Below, one piece after another: positions 13,100 through 25,440 of a stretch of 64,000 nt of DNA; position 1 is the first letter of the stretch, and every line of letters begins with the position of its first letter. Position numbers and translations under genes: made by a program. This DNA comes from Eledone cirrhosa. Lineage: Eukaryota. The stretch covers positions 317,006,001-317,070,000 of the forward strand of contig OZ024743.1 in NCBI GenBank assembly GCA_964016885.1, read 5' to 3'. The notes below the pieces were generated by a model, which did no database searches, was not told the DNA's origin, and saw only the letters and a program-made list of their open reading frames with translations.

Positions 13100-14640
13100 T
13101 GTGTATATAAGCCATGAGGATCAAAGGTGTAAGGTATTCCAGATTGCATGGCAGTGTGCTAGAGAAAAACAAGATATTGTTGGGGGGGGAAGTGCATTTG
13201 AAATGACAGTGGCACACTTGCTCTCATTAATTCTGAGAAGAAGGAAACATGGAAGTGCATTATGAGAGATTGTTAAATAAAGAAAATGCATGGGAGGGGT
13301 TACCCCAAGTAGATCCCTATGTGGGACCAACCATCCATGTAAGTAGCAGTGTGGTAGATAAGGTTATAAAGGATATAAAAATGAGCAAGTTAGCTTGATT
13401 GCTAGGCAGAGTTGCTGAGATGCTGAAACTGTCAGGGATAGTAAACCACACGCTTGTTACAGATAGTAATTCAGGTATTACAGGATGGAGTCATACCCAA
13501 TGACAGGCATAGAAGTATAATTATCAACTGTTACAAGAGCAAAAATTCACTGGACAGAGGAAACTAGAGAAATCAAGTTGATGGACTAGGTGATGAAAAT
13601 TACTGAAAGAGTTATAACACAACTGACTAGAAATAGAATTAACATAGATGAAATGCAGTTTGGCTTTGTCTTTGGAAGAAGTACTACCAATGCCATCTTC
13701 CCCGTGAGACAGCTATAGAAGTACTTAGCTAAGAGCAAGCCACTTTACCTAGCATTTGTTGACCCAGAGAAAGCTTTCAACAGGATACCCCACTTGGTAA
13801 TCTGGTGGGATCTTTGAAAACTAGGGGTATATGAATGGCTTGTGAGGACTATGTACAAAGATGCAGTTAGCAAAATTAGAGTTAACCAATGCATACATCA
13901 ATGAATTTAGTGTGCATGTAGGGGTTCACCAAGACTCAGTCCTCAGCCCCGCCTGTTTAGTATAGTCCTCAAGGCTATATCAGAGGAGTTTAAGACTTGG
14001 TGCCCATGGGAACTCCTATATGTAAATGACCTAGTTCTCATAGCGGAATTGGAGAAGAATTGGAAGCAAAACCTGGAATCAAAAGGGCTCAAATTGAATT
14101 TAGCTATGACTAAAGTCCTTGTAGTAAGAAAGAAAGAAGACAGTGCACTGATCCCATGAGGAAAACGGCCATGCTAAGGGGTTGGTAGGAATTCAATGCT
14201 GTGTAATAAATATAAACTATGGATACACAAGATGTAGTGGAATCTCAGGCAGGGGCAAACAAAGAATATAGACTTCAAGTGTGGTAGATGTACAAGAACA
14301 GTAAGCAGCAAGAATGCACATAAAAAAGCATTAATAGGCCAAGAGAAAAACTGGACATAAGAGGGATCAGATGCAGTAGTACAAAAGAGAAGACTGTGTT
14401 GGTATGAACATGTGATGTGTATGAAGTATGAGAGCTGCATAAAGAGGTGTAGGGCACTCAAAATTGAGGGGCCCTATGGAAGAAAACCTAGGAAAACATG
14501 AAATGAAGTGATAAAGGCTGACCTTAAAGAGTTAGACCTCACAGAGGAAATGACACAGGATCAAGTTAGCTGATGATTATACCATACCACAGTAGACTTG
14601 TATCCCTACACAGGTGGGATGAAACAAGGATGGAGAGGAT
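13100..14640 (+). mobile_element. Highly degenerate RTE LINE
   Basis: DNA encodes broken DEMQFGF, LYLAFVD.EKAF, GVHQ.SVLSP and EEFKT.CPWELLY motifs with many frameshifts; same family as 2793-4100. Confidence 0.85.
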
Positions 14641-15218
14641 GGCTGTAAAAAGCCAAAAGATATAACACCCTTTAGGCTGCCCCGTCTACCATCCCCTCCC
14701 CCTCACCAGATTATCTGCCTTTGGATTTGGGGCTCTTCTCTCTTTCCCTATTCTGTATTTTCCTTTTTGAGAAAACATTTTCAGACTCATTTTCATCGGC
14801 ACAGGATGAACAAGTTGGTCTGCAGGGCTAACAAAATGTATGTACCTGGTATGGTGCTGTTGTAGTAACTAGCCTTAATAATTATATATATATATATATA
14901 TATATATGATGGGCTTCTACATAGTTTCCACCTGCTAAATTTCCTTCACAAAGCATTGGTCAACCCATGGCTATAGTAGGAGACACTTGCCTAAGGTATC
15001 ATGCAGTGGGAGTTAATCATGTAGCAAACTCCTTAAACACACAGCCATGCCTGCTACTATTTATTTACAAGTATTTTTTTATGTTTGTCTGAACTAAATT
15101 ATAATAATAATTTCTTTATCCATAAATGTCTGTGAGCAGTAGAGTTTTCTTGCTGAAAAGTATTAAAAATATTTCAAATGCAACCAAATCCTTCCTAGCT
15201 GTACACTTAGTATTTTGC

Positions 15219-17330
15219 TCATGCAAATTCTAAGTGTGGCCGCACCATAGCTATATACAACTTTAAATAGATAGTTGGAGAGCGGCTGACAAAGGTCTTG
15301 CTAAGTGATGCTAAGACACCCTCAGCCTTCTTGACAATTTTAGAGATGTGCTTTGTCCAACGCAAATCGCTGCTGACAATAATGCCCACGTCACATTCAC
15401 AAGAAAACTTCTTGATATTAGTGTTGTGCAGAGAGTATGTGGACGCTGGGTTTTTACTCCCAGAATGCATGGTGGTACACTTGTCCACAGCCAGCTTGAG
15501 TTGCCAGTCTGCGATCCATTGCTGCATTGTGTCCAGGTCTGATTGCAGGAAAGATCTATAGCATTCAGGATCTGTCCTTTTTATCTCAAGGTAGAGCTTG
15601 ATGTCATCTGCATATTTCAGCAGTGGCATTCTTTAAGTTGGCATCTATGTCATTAATGTGTGCAACAAACAAAAGGGGACCAAGAACAGATCCCTGCGAT
15701 ATACCAGATGGCATCTCTTAGGGTGAAGAATGCTGTCCTAGAACCGTGACTACCTCTTTTCAGCTGAGAATGAAGGACTTCAACCAGTTGTAAAGATCAT
15801 CCTTCACACCCATTGCTGCCATCAGTGATCCGGGTAATGTCTTCAAGAAACTTGATAAGTTGATCACAGCAGCTTGAGTAAGAGATAATTCCAAATGCAA
15901 GGACCAGATAAAGCTGAGAATTCCAGAAGTACCAGAGTGTTTCTCTGACACAGGATCCATCAGCTTGGTGATGCAGCTAGTAAGACTGACTAGACGATAG
16001 TTGACAGGCAACGTGCAATCACCCTTTTTGAACAGAGGAATGACACTGGCAGTTTTCCACTGCTCTGGAGTAACACCGTTGTTAGGATAGAATTGAAAGA
16101 AGAGTGAAAGCTGGTGCAGAAGAAAGTACCCATGTTTATGAAGCAGGTACGTAACACCATCAAGACCAGGAGAGGCATAGTTGCGCTTATTCTTAATGTG
16201 CCATCGCAGCATTGCAGGTGTAAATTCCATAGTTGTTATAGAATTTGATGTCAGAGGTGGTGGAGATGGTACGTTTTGGTTTTCAACAGAAAAAATGTCT
16301 GCATAGTTTTCAGCAATGAGTTCTGCGCATTCTTTGGGGTCGTCAGTAATCTGGCTTGCTGTTCAAATTCAAGCACTGCCTTTTTTGTCACCTGCTTGAG
16401 ATGGTTGGATGATCTATTGCGCTTTTTTTCTATTAACCTCTGATCTATGTAGTTTGTATTCCCATTCAGCATTACAACATTTTTTCCTGGCTAGTCGGAC
16501 TGCTGAAATCTCCCAAATTGTACTTTTGGGATGTTTTTTGTGCTTACGTGGTACTGATGCTGCACATGCTTTCCATATTGAGTTCAGGATGTTCTGAAGT
16601 ATAGTGTTCACATCTCCAGAGTCGTAAAATTCAAGCCAGTTTGGGCATTGTAGCTCAGTAGGAGTTCCAGTCTGCTTTCTTCCAGCCAAAGCAAGCAGTT
16701 TGGAGATGGTTGTGGTTTTTGTTACTGCCCATAAGAGACAGATTGGCAATGATCATAGCATGATCAGGGTCACCTAAAGGTTCCTCAGTATTGACTCTAA
16801 TAACTGTTTCAGGAGTAGTGGTAAAGAGCAGATCCAAAGTGTTGTCACCTCTTGTTGGGGAGGTGACTACTTGGGACCAGCTCGAATCCAGCACTAGCTC
16901 AAGGAAATCATTTGCACTTTGCAGCCAACGAAAGGTGATTGAAGTCGCTTGCAATTAAAACATAAGTGGCTATTTTCCTGGCAGCACTTCTGAGGATATC
17001 AAAAAGCTTGTGTCCTGATGGTAATTTGGTGAGGCTATAAACAACTCCAAGTAGAAGTGTTGACATGGTCATACGTATATCACAGAAAAATACTTGTTGT
17101 GATTGGTTCAAATCATCGCAAGGAATTGTTGAAAAGTTTGAACGAACGTAGACCATCACGACAATTGATGCAGTCTTTGCAAAAACCCCATCACATACTA
17201 AAGAATGTGCCCAGGTTTCTGTGACAATAATGAATTCGGGGTCGAAACTTTTGACGTAAGAATCAAAAAGATGTATCTTGTTGCATAAATAATGAGTATT
17301 TAAGGACAACAATTTGTATCTCGCTTTCAG
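15219..17330 (-). mobile_element. CR1-type LINE ORF2 pseudogene (APE endonuclease plus RT), frameshifted
   Basis: IIVTETW, PTRGDNTLDLLFT, GDPDHAMI (APE); SPGLDG, WKTASVIPLFKKGD, NYRLVSLTS, KYADDIKL, VRPHLEFA (RT). Confidence 0.92.
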
Positions 17331-17459
17331 TTTATGATAATGTATAGGGGATGGCAGGTTGTTCTTTTTTGGTTTCAGCTATAAAGACCAAACCATCTGC
17401 ATAGAAAAGTTCTCATGACTGTATTACATTCAAAATTGAACTCTTTTCTACATGTGGTT

Positions 17460-17700
17460 CAAATGTCTCAGGAAAGAATCACTTGATAGATTTTACGGGC
17501 GAGACCAACTGGCAGGAACCCCAGGAGTAGATCCTGAATAAGATGATCGGATAACATCCATAAGCTTGGCTGGTCTTGGTTAGAGATCCAGCTGGATCAA
17601 TTGGAGATGGTTGCTTCTGACAGGACCTGCTGGAAGGAGTATTTGAGGACTCTGTCCCCCTCCTCACGACTATCTCAGGAATAAGAGGGTGAAGAAGGGG
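17460..17700. repeat. Dispersed unclassified repeat
   Basis: Homologous to 55880-56100 (same strand) and 4460-4600 (opposite strand). Confidence 0.7.
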
Positions 17701-18396
17701 AAGAGAAGAAAATAATAATAATTGTTTCTACTTTTGGCACAAGGCCAGCAATTATCCCAGTGTATTACTGGTACTTTATTTTATCGACCCTGTAAGGATG
17801 AAAGGCAAAGTTAATAATAGTAAGAAGAAAAGTAACTCAGGATGTTTTTCAATATAACATTTTATTACAAAATATTTTAATATAGAAATATCAAAACAGA
17901 AAACTGTATTAATAGATAACACACTTTAAACTCCATGGTTTATACTTTCAATGACATGTTGAGATAAATGAATTATTTGTGGAGTTGTTTAGCCAAGATC
18001 AACCTTGATTGAGCAAACATACAACCAAAAATATTCCAGTCATAACCATCCTGTCTTATATTTCAGACATAGTGTATCTTGAAGGTGTGAGGCTTAGTGG
18101 TTCAGGTGTTTTGTCTTACAGGCTAATGCACAAGACGCTTTATTTCATGTTGCTCTAGTCCACTCTACTGGGAAATAAATTGCAACGACACTGATGCTTA
18201 ACTGTTTTAGTCTTCACCATTTTCTCCAACATCATATATAATGTGTATATATATAGTAGGTGGATTTCCAATGTTTATCGGGAGGTAACCACAATTAAAA
18301 AAGGTACTCAATACGTTAGTAGAGTATAAGCATAGTATATAGGAATAGTATCTTATAGAAATTCAGTTCAAGTCCTATAGAAGTCACTTCTATAAT

Positions 18397-18570
18397 AATT
18401 GTTTCTACGTTTGGCACAAGGCCAGCAATTACCCAGTGCATTACTGGTACTTTATTTTATCCCCGTAAGGATGAAAGGCAAAGTTAACCTCGGCGGGATT
18501 TGAACTCAGAATGGCAAGGGCCGTAACTCTATGCATCAAACCATGGCGTCCGACCCTCGATACTGCCACC
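18397..18570 (-). mobile_element. tRNA-derived SINE with Meta-like central domain (abundant family)
   Basis: Element strand has B box gagttcaaatccc then gcctttcatccttacggggtcgataaaataaagtacc (family consensus). Full or partial copies near 17720, 20225, 25490, 43560, 44887, 45035, 46675, 47945, 49495, 51810, 56650, 59595 and 63190. Meta assignment is from recall. Confidence 0.8.
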
Positions 18571-18660
18571 CTTATAATAATAATAATAATAATAATATAT
18601 GCATTTATGTATTTGTTTTGTAAGATTTTTGATTTTAAATTTTGTCTTGAAACTGCTATT

Positions 18661-18842
18661 GTTATATTTGGGGATGGTCATGTTGCCAGTAAAAAGAAAC
18701 ACATACACCATATGAATTTAACTTTATCTTTATTGCTAGTTATTGGTTGACAAACCAATAACTAGCAATAAAGATGTGAAAATCATATTGTGCCTGTCTT
18801 TTTATTGGCAATACTGGCCCCATAACCATCCCCAAATAAAAC
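18661..18842. repeat. Foldback element with perfect 23-bp central hairpin
   Basis: atctttattgctagttattggtt-gaca-aaccaataactagcaataaagat (18726-18775), extended by ttgccagtaaaaaga/tctttttattggcaa and atttggggatggt/accatccccaaat. Confidence 0.85.
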
Positions 18843-19199
18843 TATATATGATGATATATATATATAACAACAGCACTGGTACCAAACTGTATAAAAACTT
18901 GGATAATATTAGTGGTGTGGAGAGGGGAGAGTAGCATGCATGGGCAACTGTCTTCCACATATCTAGAACTAAATTATCTAATGTATCCTTCCTTTTTTAA
19001 GATGAGATTTCATTTGATAGAGATTTGGGTACTATTTTTACTGAGTAAAATGCCCCACATAGAAACCTCCTTGCACACCCTCAGGGGCCTCATTTTTTAA
19101 AATACATTTTTGTTTTATCATTAGGTTTTTAATTCTTTAACACTAAATCATAAAAAATTATATATGTATAATATATATATATATCATCATCATCATCAT

Positions 19200-19528
19200 T
19201 TCATTTTACGTCCGCTTTTTCCCTGCTAGCAAGGGTGGGATGGGAACTGATTCTGGCTTGATTTCTACAGCTGGATGCCCTTCCTAACACCAACCTCATT
19301 TACAGTGAGTGCTGGGTGCTTTTTTGCCGTGGCACCTGCACGACCACTTTGCAGTGGAATGATATGGACCCCAGTCCCTATCATCTCATTTCTACAGCTG
19401 AGTAAACTGGAGCAATGTGAAATAAAGTGTCTTGCTCAAGGAAACAACACATCACCCGGTCTGAGAATTGAACTCACAACCTTTTGATTGCAAGGCCAAT
19501 GCTCTAACCACTAAGCCATGTGCCTCCA
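19200..19528 (-). mobile_element. CORE-type SINE with RTE tail (third copy)
   Basis: Near-identical to 7417-7740. Confidence 0.85.
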
Positions 19529-19579
19529 TATACACAATGATATTAAATAAATGGAAACTATATCTATAAAACCATATTT

Positions 19580-19638
19580 ATTCTATTATATATATTTCAA
19601 TGGCACCAAAACTTTGGTACGCTCTCATCAGATAAAAT
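19580..19638 (-). ncRNA. Type I hammerhead ribozyme (minus-strand arm)
   Basis: Reverse complement reads attttat CTGATGA gagcgtaccaaagttttggtgccatt GAAA tatata TA atagaat. Confidence 0.7.
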
Positions 19639-19767
19639 ACAAAGTTTGTTTTATAAATATTGACATATCCAGGAAAGAGATGTTAACGGTTCAAGTTTTT
19701 CCTGGATAGTTAAGAACCGTTAAGATCTCCTTCCCGGTTATGTCAATATTTATAAAACAAACTTTGT

Positions 19768-19826
19768 ATTTTATCTGATGAGAGCGTACCAAAGTTTTGG
19801 TACCCTTGAAATATAAATAATAGAAT
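19768..19826 (+). ncRNA. Type I hammerhead ribozyme (minimal, PLE-type)
   Basis: Stem I attttat/atagaat; CTGATGA 19775-19781; stem II gagcgtacca..tggtaccctt; GAAA 19808-19811; short stem III; predicted cleavage after AUA at 19819. Confidence 0.78.
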
Positions 19827-19962
19827 TAATATGGTTTTATAAATATAGTTTCCATTTATTTAATATCATTGAATATTATACTCCAGAAAACTGTTGAGTG
19901 CTTCAAATCAGTTACAAACATTTATATTTGTTGAATTACCAACAAATTAAATATCCCTTTTG

Positions 19963-19997
<35 letters not shown>

Positions 19998-20105
19998 GAT
20001 TCCAGTTCCTTAGAGGACTAACAACACACCCAGGAGCTGGACATATCGATGAATTAACAGGGTAGAACCCATTACAACACCATGTTTTCCTGTTTTTTCT
20101 GCCTA

Positions 20106-20172
20106 AATTCTTACTGCCTGATGAGGTCACAGCCAATAATGGCTGTCACTGAAATATGTATAGCAGCGAATT
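20106..20172 (+). ncRNA. Type I hammerhead ribozyme (stand-alone)
   Basis: aattc-tta-ctgc CTGATGA ggtcacagcca-ataa-tggctgtcact GAAA tatgta TA gcag-c-gaatt, followed by AATAAA at 20175. Confidence 0.85.
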
Positions 20173-20271
20173 GGAATAAACGAAGCTAACTTTAACATGT
20201 TTGACTTACACTTATTATTTTTAATGCACTGGGTAATTGCTGGCCTTGTGCCTAACGTAGAAACAATTATT

Positions 20272-20304
<33 letters not shown>

Positions 20305-22125
20305 TTTATCATTAACATTAATATAAAAAAATAATAATTATATTTTTTTAGAGAAGGGCCTTAAATTTCACACAGCTTAGGGCATCAGCAGATGAAAGTT
20401 CGACCCTGCTCGCTTGAGTTCTTGGGGTGGACGGAAGGTCCTGTACCACATTAGCAAGACATTTTTGAAAAGTACTACAACTAGATCTCATTAAACTGAA
20501 AGTCCTTAGCCTAATACTGCAAATTTTCATGATAATCTGTCCACTAGTAAAGACACTATAAACATTTAAATTAAGAAATCTTTATTTAGATATTTTCTGC
20601 TAAATCATTACAGGATCATCATCATCATTTAACATCCATTTTCCACACTAGCATGGGTTGCTCATATAGAATTGTTAAAAGTTATAGATATGACAGATTT
20701 CTGATTAATTTCATACAACATTTTCTAAGTACGTGTAAATTATTCTAAGTGTACAGAGACAGTATAGGATTTAACCAAAGTTCTGTTACTGCTACATTTT
20801 GGGATCAATATAATTGATTTTAAGGTGATGCCCCAGCATGGCCACTGTCTAATGACTGGAACCAAGTAAAAGAATAACCACAAAACGAAAATAGTTTGAA
20901 GCAGTACCAATGCCATATAAAATGAAAATGGTAGCTGACAAAAGTGTATTCTGTATGTATCCACTTTAACCATTTACATTTCTCTATATTTACTCTTGTA
21001 TTTTCACCATAAACACTCACATAATATTGAATCTTTGAGATTTTGATATTATTTATTTTGAGAACAATACCTTAACATAAGTATGAGTGGCCAGTTACAG
21101 CCGGTTTGAACAGAAAGAGGTGAGAGAATTCTGGCTGGATATGGCCGGTTTAAATGTACACAGGTCCATTGCTACCATTAAGGTCAACTAAGCAGCAGCC
21201 TAGGGTGAACACCTCAAAGGGAGAGGGGGGGGGATTACTAAACCTTAAAGTATTACAGTTTTTACAAATTTGTATAATTAAATGAAATATATTATAATTT
21301 CTTGCAATTAAAACTAAATCACTAAACATCTTTGTCACATAGTAGCTTTCATAAAATATCTTAAGTGACAAAGGGGGGTCATATAGTATTATGATCTCTC
21401 ACACAATTTAGCATGAAGCAGTGTGGACTGTGTAGTGGAAAATGCAGGCTTAATAATTTTCTTAGTGAGGTCAAAACAAGAAGTATCTAATATCAGGCTT
21501 GTCAGTTTATCAAACTATAATTTGAAATTATTTCATTTGGGAGAAGGGGTACACATTGTAGGGGTAGCCTAAGGCATTGAATACCTAGGCGTCGGTCTTA
21601 TGTACACATCTACATTTACACATATATTCAACTGTATGAAATTTATCAAATATGACATATGGTGCTTAATGAATCAATGAGTAATTTAACATTACTGTTT
21701 CACTAATTAGTTCTAGAAACCAGTAAAGTAGATTCTTTCTTTTCAAGAATTTAATTTCAACAAATAAGCCTTTTTTCCCCAAGGAGATTATGGGTTATAT
21801 AATTGTATGCATAAATCTGAAATTACTTGACTTTTGCACTATCTGACTTAAAAGTTAAAATCATAATTTGATAATTTGTAAGCCAGTACATGCATGGTGT
21901 GAAATATATAATATGTTCTCTATATCAGACCAATTTATTCTCAGTTTCAAATGACATACATATATAGGCACAGGCATGGCAATGTAATAAAGAAGTTTGC
22001 TTCATAATGACCATGTGACTTTAGGTTCACTCCCACTGTGTGACATCTTGAGCATGTGTGTTCTACTGTAACCTCAAGTTGACCAATGCCTTGTGAGCGT
22101 AAGTTGGTAAATGGAAACTGCAGAA

Positions 22126-22163
<38 letters not shown>

Positions 22164-22559
22164 ACAGTTAATTAAACAGAATGACAAGTTCTATCCACTG
22201 GTGAACCACAAAACATAAATGAATATATATATATTTCCAAACAGTGGTGGTACACAGGACGAGACAACGGAAAAAAAAACAAAAAATAGACGGTCCAATC
22301 TCCTCAGTCAACTTTGGAGATCAATACAGTTTTGAAGCTTTATACATATATATATATACATTTTTCAGTGCAGACAATTTTAATTTTTTTTTTTTTTTCT
22401 CATCATATTTTGACATTAAAAAAATGTCTTTTACGAATTATTATTTGTTTGAGATGAGAACTGTCTCACTCATGCAAGCATGGAAAATAGATGTAAAAGG
22501 TGATTATGGCGATGATCATCATTATCATCATCATCATCAACATCATTATCATCATCATC

Positions 22560-22758
22560 ATCAACATTTTACGTCTGCTTTTCCCTACTTGCAAGGGTGG
22601 GACAGGTCTTATTAAGCACGGCATCTCTCCATTCATCACCTTTGTCATCTCCTCTGTGAGCTTCAGCAATCTGAGGTCTGCTCTCATCACCTCCCCCCAT
22701 ATTTTTTGTGGTCTTCCTCGACTGCTTCTTCCTTCTACTGGGATTTCTTGGCACTTTT

Positions 22759-22760
<2 letters not shown>
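22560..22760 (-). mobile_element. Short RTE 3' fragment
   Basis: Encodes VEGRSSRGRPQKIWGEVMRADL; ATG-repeat tail. Confidence 0.75.
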
Positions 22761-22793
<33 letters not shown>

Positions 22794-23612
22794 GTGTATG
22801 TATATACATTATATATATACACACACACACACGTGTGTGTGTATGTATGACCAACCCTTGCTTGCAGGGAAAATAGACATTAAATGATGACAATGATTTA
22901 TATATATATAAACAAAATTTATTTTCGCTCTTATGAGGCTGTTTGCTTGTAAACAAACTGAATATTATTATTCACTCATGAATATATTCATAATCCTAAT
23001 CATTTTACATCTTGCTCATACATTCCATATTTGGCTTGGCTTCTATAGCAAGATGCCTTTTCTCCCTCACACCAATCACTTTATATTCGTGTCTATGTTT
23101 ATGTCCCATATGTTATGGGTTTAACAAAATAGACATCGATTATATAAGTAACAGATTTGAAAAATATGTACTAAGCACAATATGATTGACTCAATCTATT
23201 TGAAGCAATGCTCCACTACAGCCAAACCCTAATGACTGAAACTGGGAAAAGAATAAAAACATAGTTTGACATTACGTAAACCCAGAACATATATGATGTG
23301 GAATGAATATGTCTATCTGATCAATTTGTTTTTAGTTTCAAATGACATACATACATGCATCCATGGGTTTTTAACTCTTGATTGTGTCATAGGGACGTCA
23401 CAGTGAGATATATTAGACACAGGCCTTGCTGAGCCAATCCTTCTCCATGTCAGAACACAGCTGATTACTTCCACGGAGAGAGGATCGACCCCAATATTGG
23501 ACTGGTACTTTATCATCCTCAAAAGAATGAAAGGCAAAGTTGACCCCAGCAGGATTTGAATTCAGAGTGCCCAGAGCCGGAACAAATACCATAAAGCATT
23601 TCTATCTGACAA

Positions 23613-23930
23613 TCTAAAGACTGCCACTTTGCCCCCTTTCAAATGACACATACACCCATACTCCATCTAAAGACTGCCACTTCAGTCCATTTCAAATGAC
23701 ATTCATACAGCCATACTCCATCTAAAGACTGCCACTTTTCCCCCTTTCAAATGACACATACACCCATACTCCATCTAAAGACTGCCACTTTGCCCCCTTT
23801 CAAATGACACATACACCCATACTCCATCTAAAGACTGCCACTTCGGTCCATTTCAAATGACACATACACCCATACTCCATCTAAAGACTGCCACTTTTCC
23901 CCCTTTCAAATGACATACCTACAACCATAC
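23613..23930. repeat. 53-bp minisatellite, about 6 units, ABCABC pattern
   Basis: Units start at 23613, 23666, 23721, 23774, 23827 and 23880 (tctaaagactgccactt...tttcaaatgacacatacacccatactcca). Confidence 0.95.
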
Positions 23931-24598
23931 CCAAATCTGTTTTCAGTTATTATTTATAAGTTAATGTCATATGAAAACCAATATTGTTTTCTTAATGTCT
24001 CTGTGATGTAAGACTGTTTGTATTTGTATCTCCAACTCAGTAGGAGAGTGAGTCTTTTTTACACCAGTTGAGAACAAAAACAAAAAAAAAGGGGGAAGGA
24101 TCACAACTCCTGGTAGAGTTGCAGGGGCGCATGCTGTACTGACACACACGGTGGTGTGTCTAGGGCATTTCAACCTTGCAGAACCCATCCTTCTCTAGGT
24201 CTGAACACAGCCAACGATTTCTTCCAAAGAAAGAGAGAGAGACAGACAGAGACAGAGAGAGACAGAGACGCACAGAGACAGACAGACAGAGAGAGAGAAA
24301 GTGAGAGATATAAAGAGGAAGAATCGACCCCAATATCTGACTGGTACTTTATCAACCTTGAAAGGATGAGAGGCAAAGTTAACTTCGGAATTTGAACTCA
24401 GAACACAATGAGCTGGAACAAATAGTAAGGCATTAAATCTGATGCCCCTTTATAATTCTGTCAATTCACTGCCTTAGTAGGGAACAAAGGAATACTAAAA
24501 TATGTAAACATGATGTGTTTCCAGTATTCTTCCATTCCATTTTGTCTGAAAAATGAGGCCATTTTTATTGTGAAGAGAATCCAGATCCATTCTTTGCA

Positions 24599-25387
24599 TC
24601 AAACAGGTGAGGAAATATTTTGTCTGTGTTCTTTTGGTCCCAAAACAACATGGGCCTCGTTTATCTCTATATTTTGTTGGTATAAAAAATCTAAAACTGG
24701 AACCAGTAGAAGACAAATTGTGGCATTTAGTAACATAAGTGGGCCTGCAAAATATCGATAGTTTGTGTAAATAGAACTAACACCCATATTTATGTCACTG
24801 ACACATGGCTCAATGTTTGTGGACTCATTAAATTGTGTGAAATAAAGATCGTATCCTTGCATACAATCCCTCCTGATAAAATTTCTGTAGAGAAAACAGT
24901 AAGGATACAATTGTGTGATACCATGCCAGCATTTTATAAGGTTAATGTCTGTGGTGGAAGAATTTTGTTGGCATATTTGGTCTGAATTGAATATACGAAA
25001 GTAGTCAGTGAATAGAATTGGTTCGGCATAGATTGACATTAAACCAAAATATATTTCTGCAGTCATAGCAATAGCCAATAAGATAGCAGAAGCTCGGCGT
25101 CCAAGAAATCCAAATCCAAATACTGCAATACAAATAACCAAGCAACCAAGATAAGCTGGCACCACTAACCCACTACAAGGGTGTGACTTTAAAGAGAAGG
25201 CACAAGATATGTTTTCTAGATTACTGCGACAAGAGAGCAACAGCCCTATTCCAAGACCAACTTGTGATAATCCAGCAAAGAGGATAAAGAAGAAAATTAT
25301 CCGAGTTGTGAGTTGGTTACATTTAGCTAAACTGTTATTCTCAGAGACAGGAATTAGCTTTTTATCGTGGAAATTTCCAAGCTTCAT
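24599..25387 (-). CDS. Divergent tetraspanin-like four-TM protein (262 aa, single coding exon)
   Basis: Long non-repetitive open frame from the ATG at 25387 (MKLGNF). Three clustered hydrophobic helices, an ~85-aa Cys-containing loop with N-glycosylation sequons (NSS, NES), a fourth helix and a short tail. Polar residues in TM1/3/4 (Q, E, N) as in tetraspanins. Confidence 0.75.
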   Translation of the reverse strand: MKLGNFHDKKLIPVSENNSLAKCNQLTTRIIFFFILFAGLSQVGLGIGLLLSCRSNLENISCAFSLKSHPCSGLVVPAYLGCLVICIAVFGFGFLGRRASAILLAIAMTAEIYFGLMSIYAEPILFTDYFRIFNSDQICQQNSSTTDINLIKCWHGITQLYPYCFLYRNFIRRDCMQGYDLYFTQFNESTNIEPCVSDINMGVSSIYTNYRYFAGPLMLLNATICLLLVPVLDFLYQQNIEINEAHVVLGPKEHRQNISSPV

Positions 25388-25411
25388 TGTGATATTTTTT
25401 CTACAGCAGAT

Positions 25412-25440
25412 CTGTTGAAAAAAAAAACAACAAAAAATCA
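25412..25440 (-). other. Probable 3' splice acceptor upstream of the tetraspanin-like ATG
   Basis: Minus strand ttttttgttgttttttttttcaacAG|atctgctg; exon would begin at 25411, 24 nt before the ATG, implying an upstream exon. Confidence 0.65.

Larger units (their letters stand above)
19535..19965 (+). mobile_element. Palindromic hammerhead-bearing element (PLE pseudo-LTR-like), family A
   Basis: 158-bp inverted arms 19535-19692 and 19714-19871, then a unique tail with ACTCCAG and GAGTGCTTCA (19896-19905), ending at a (TA)n tract. Confidence 0.75.

Noticed and set aside
23613-23930. CRISPR-like array
   Set aside because: Units are contiguous with no unique spacers, there are no cas genes, and the context is eukaryotic; it is a minisatellite
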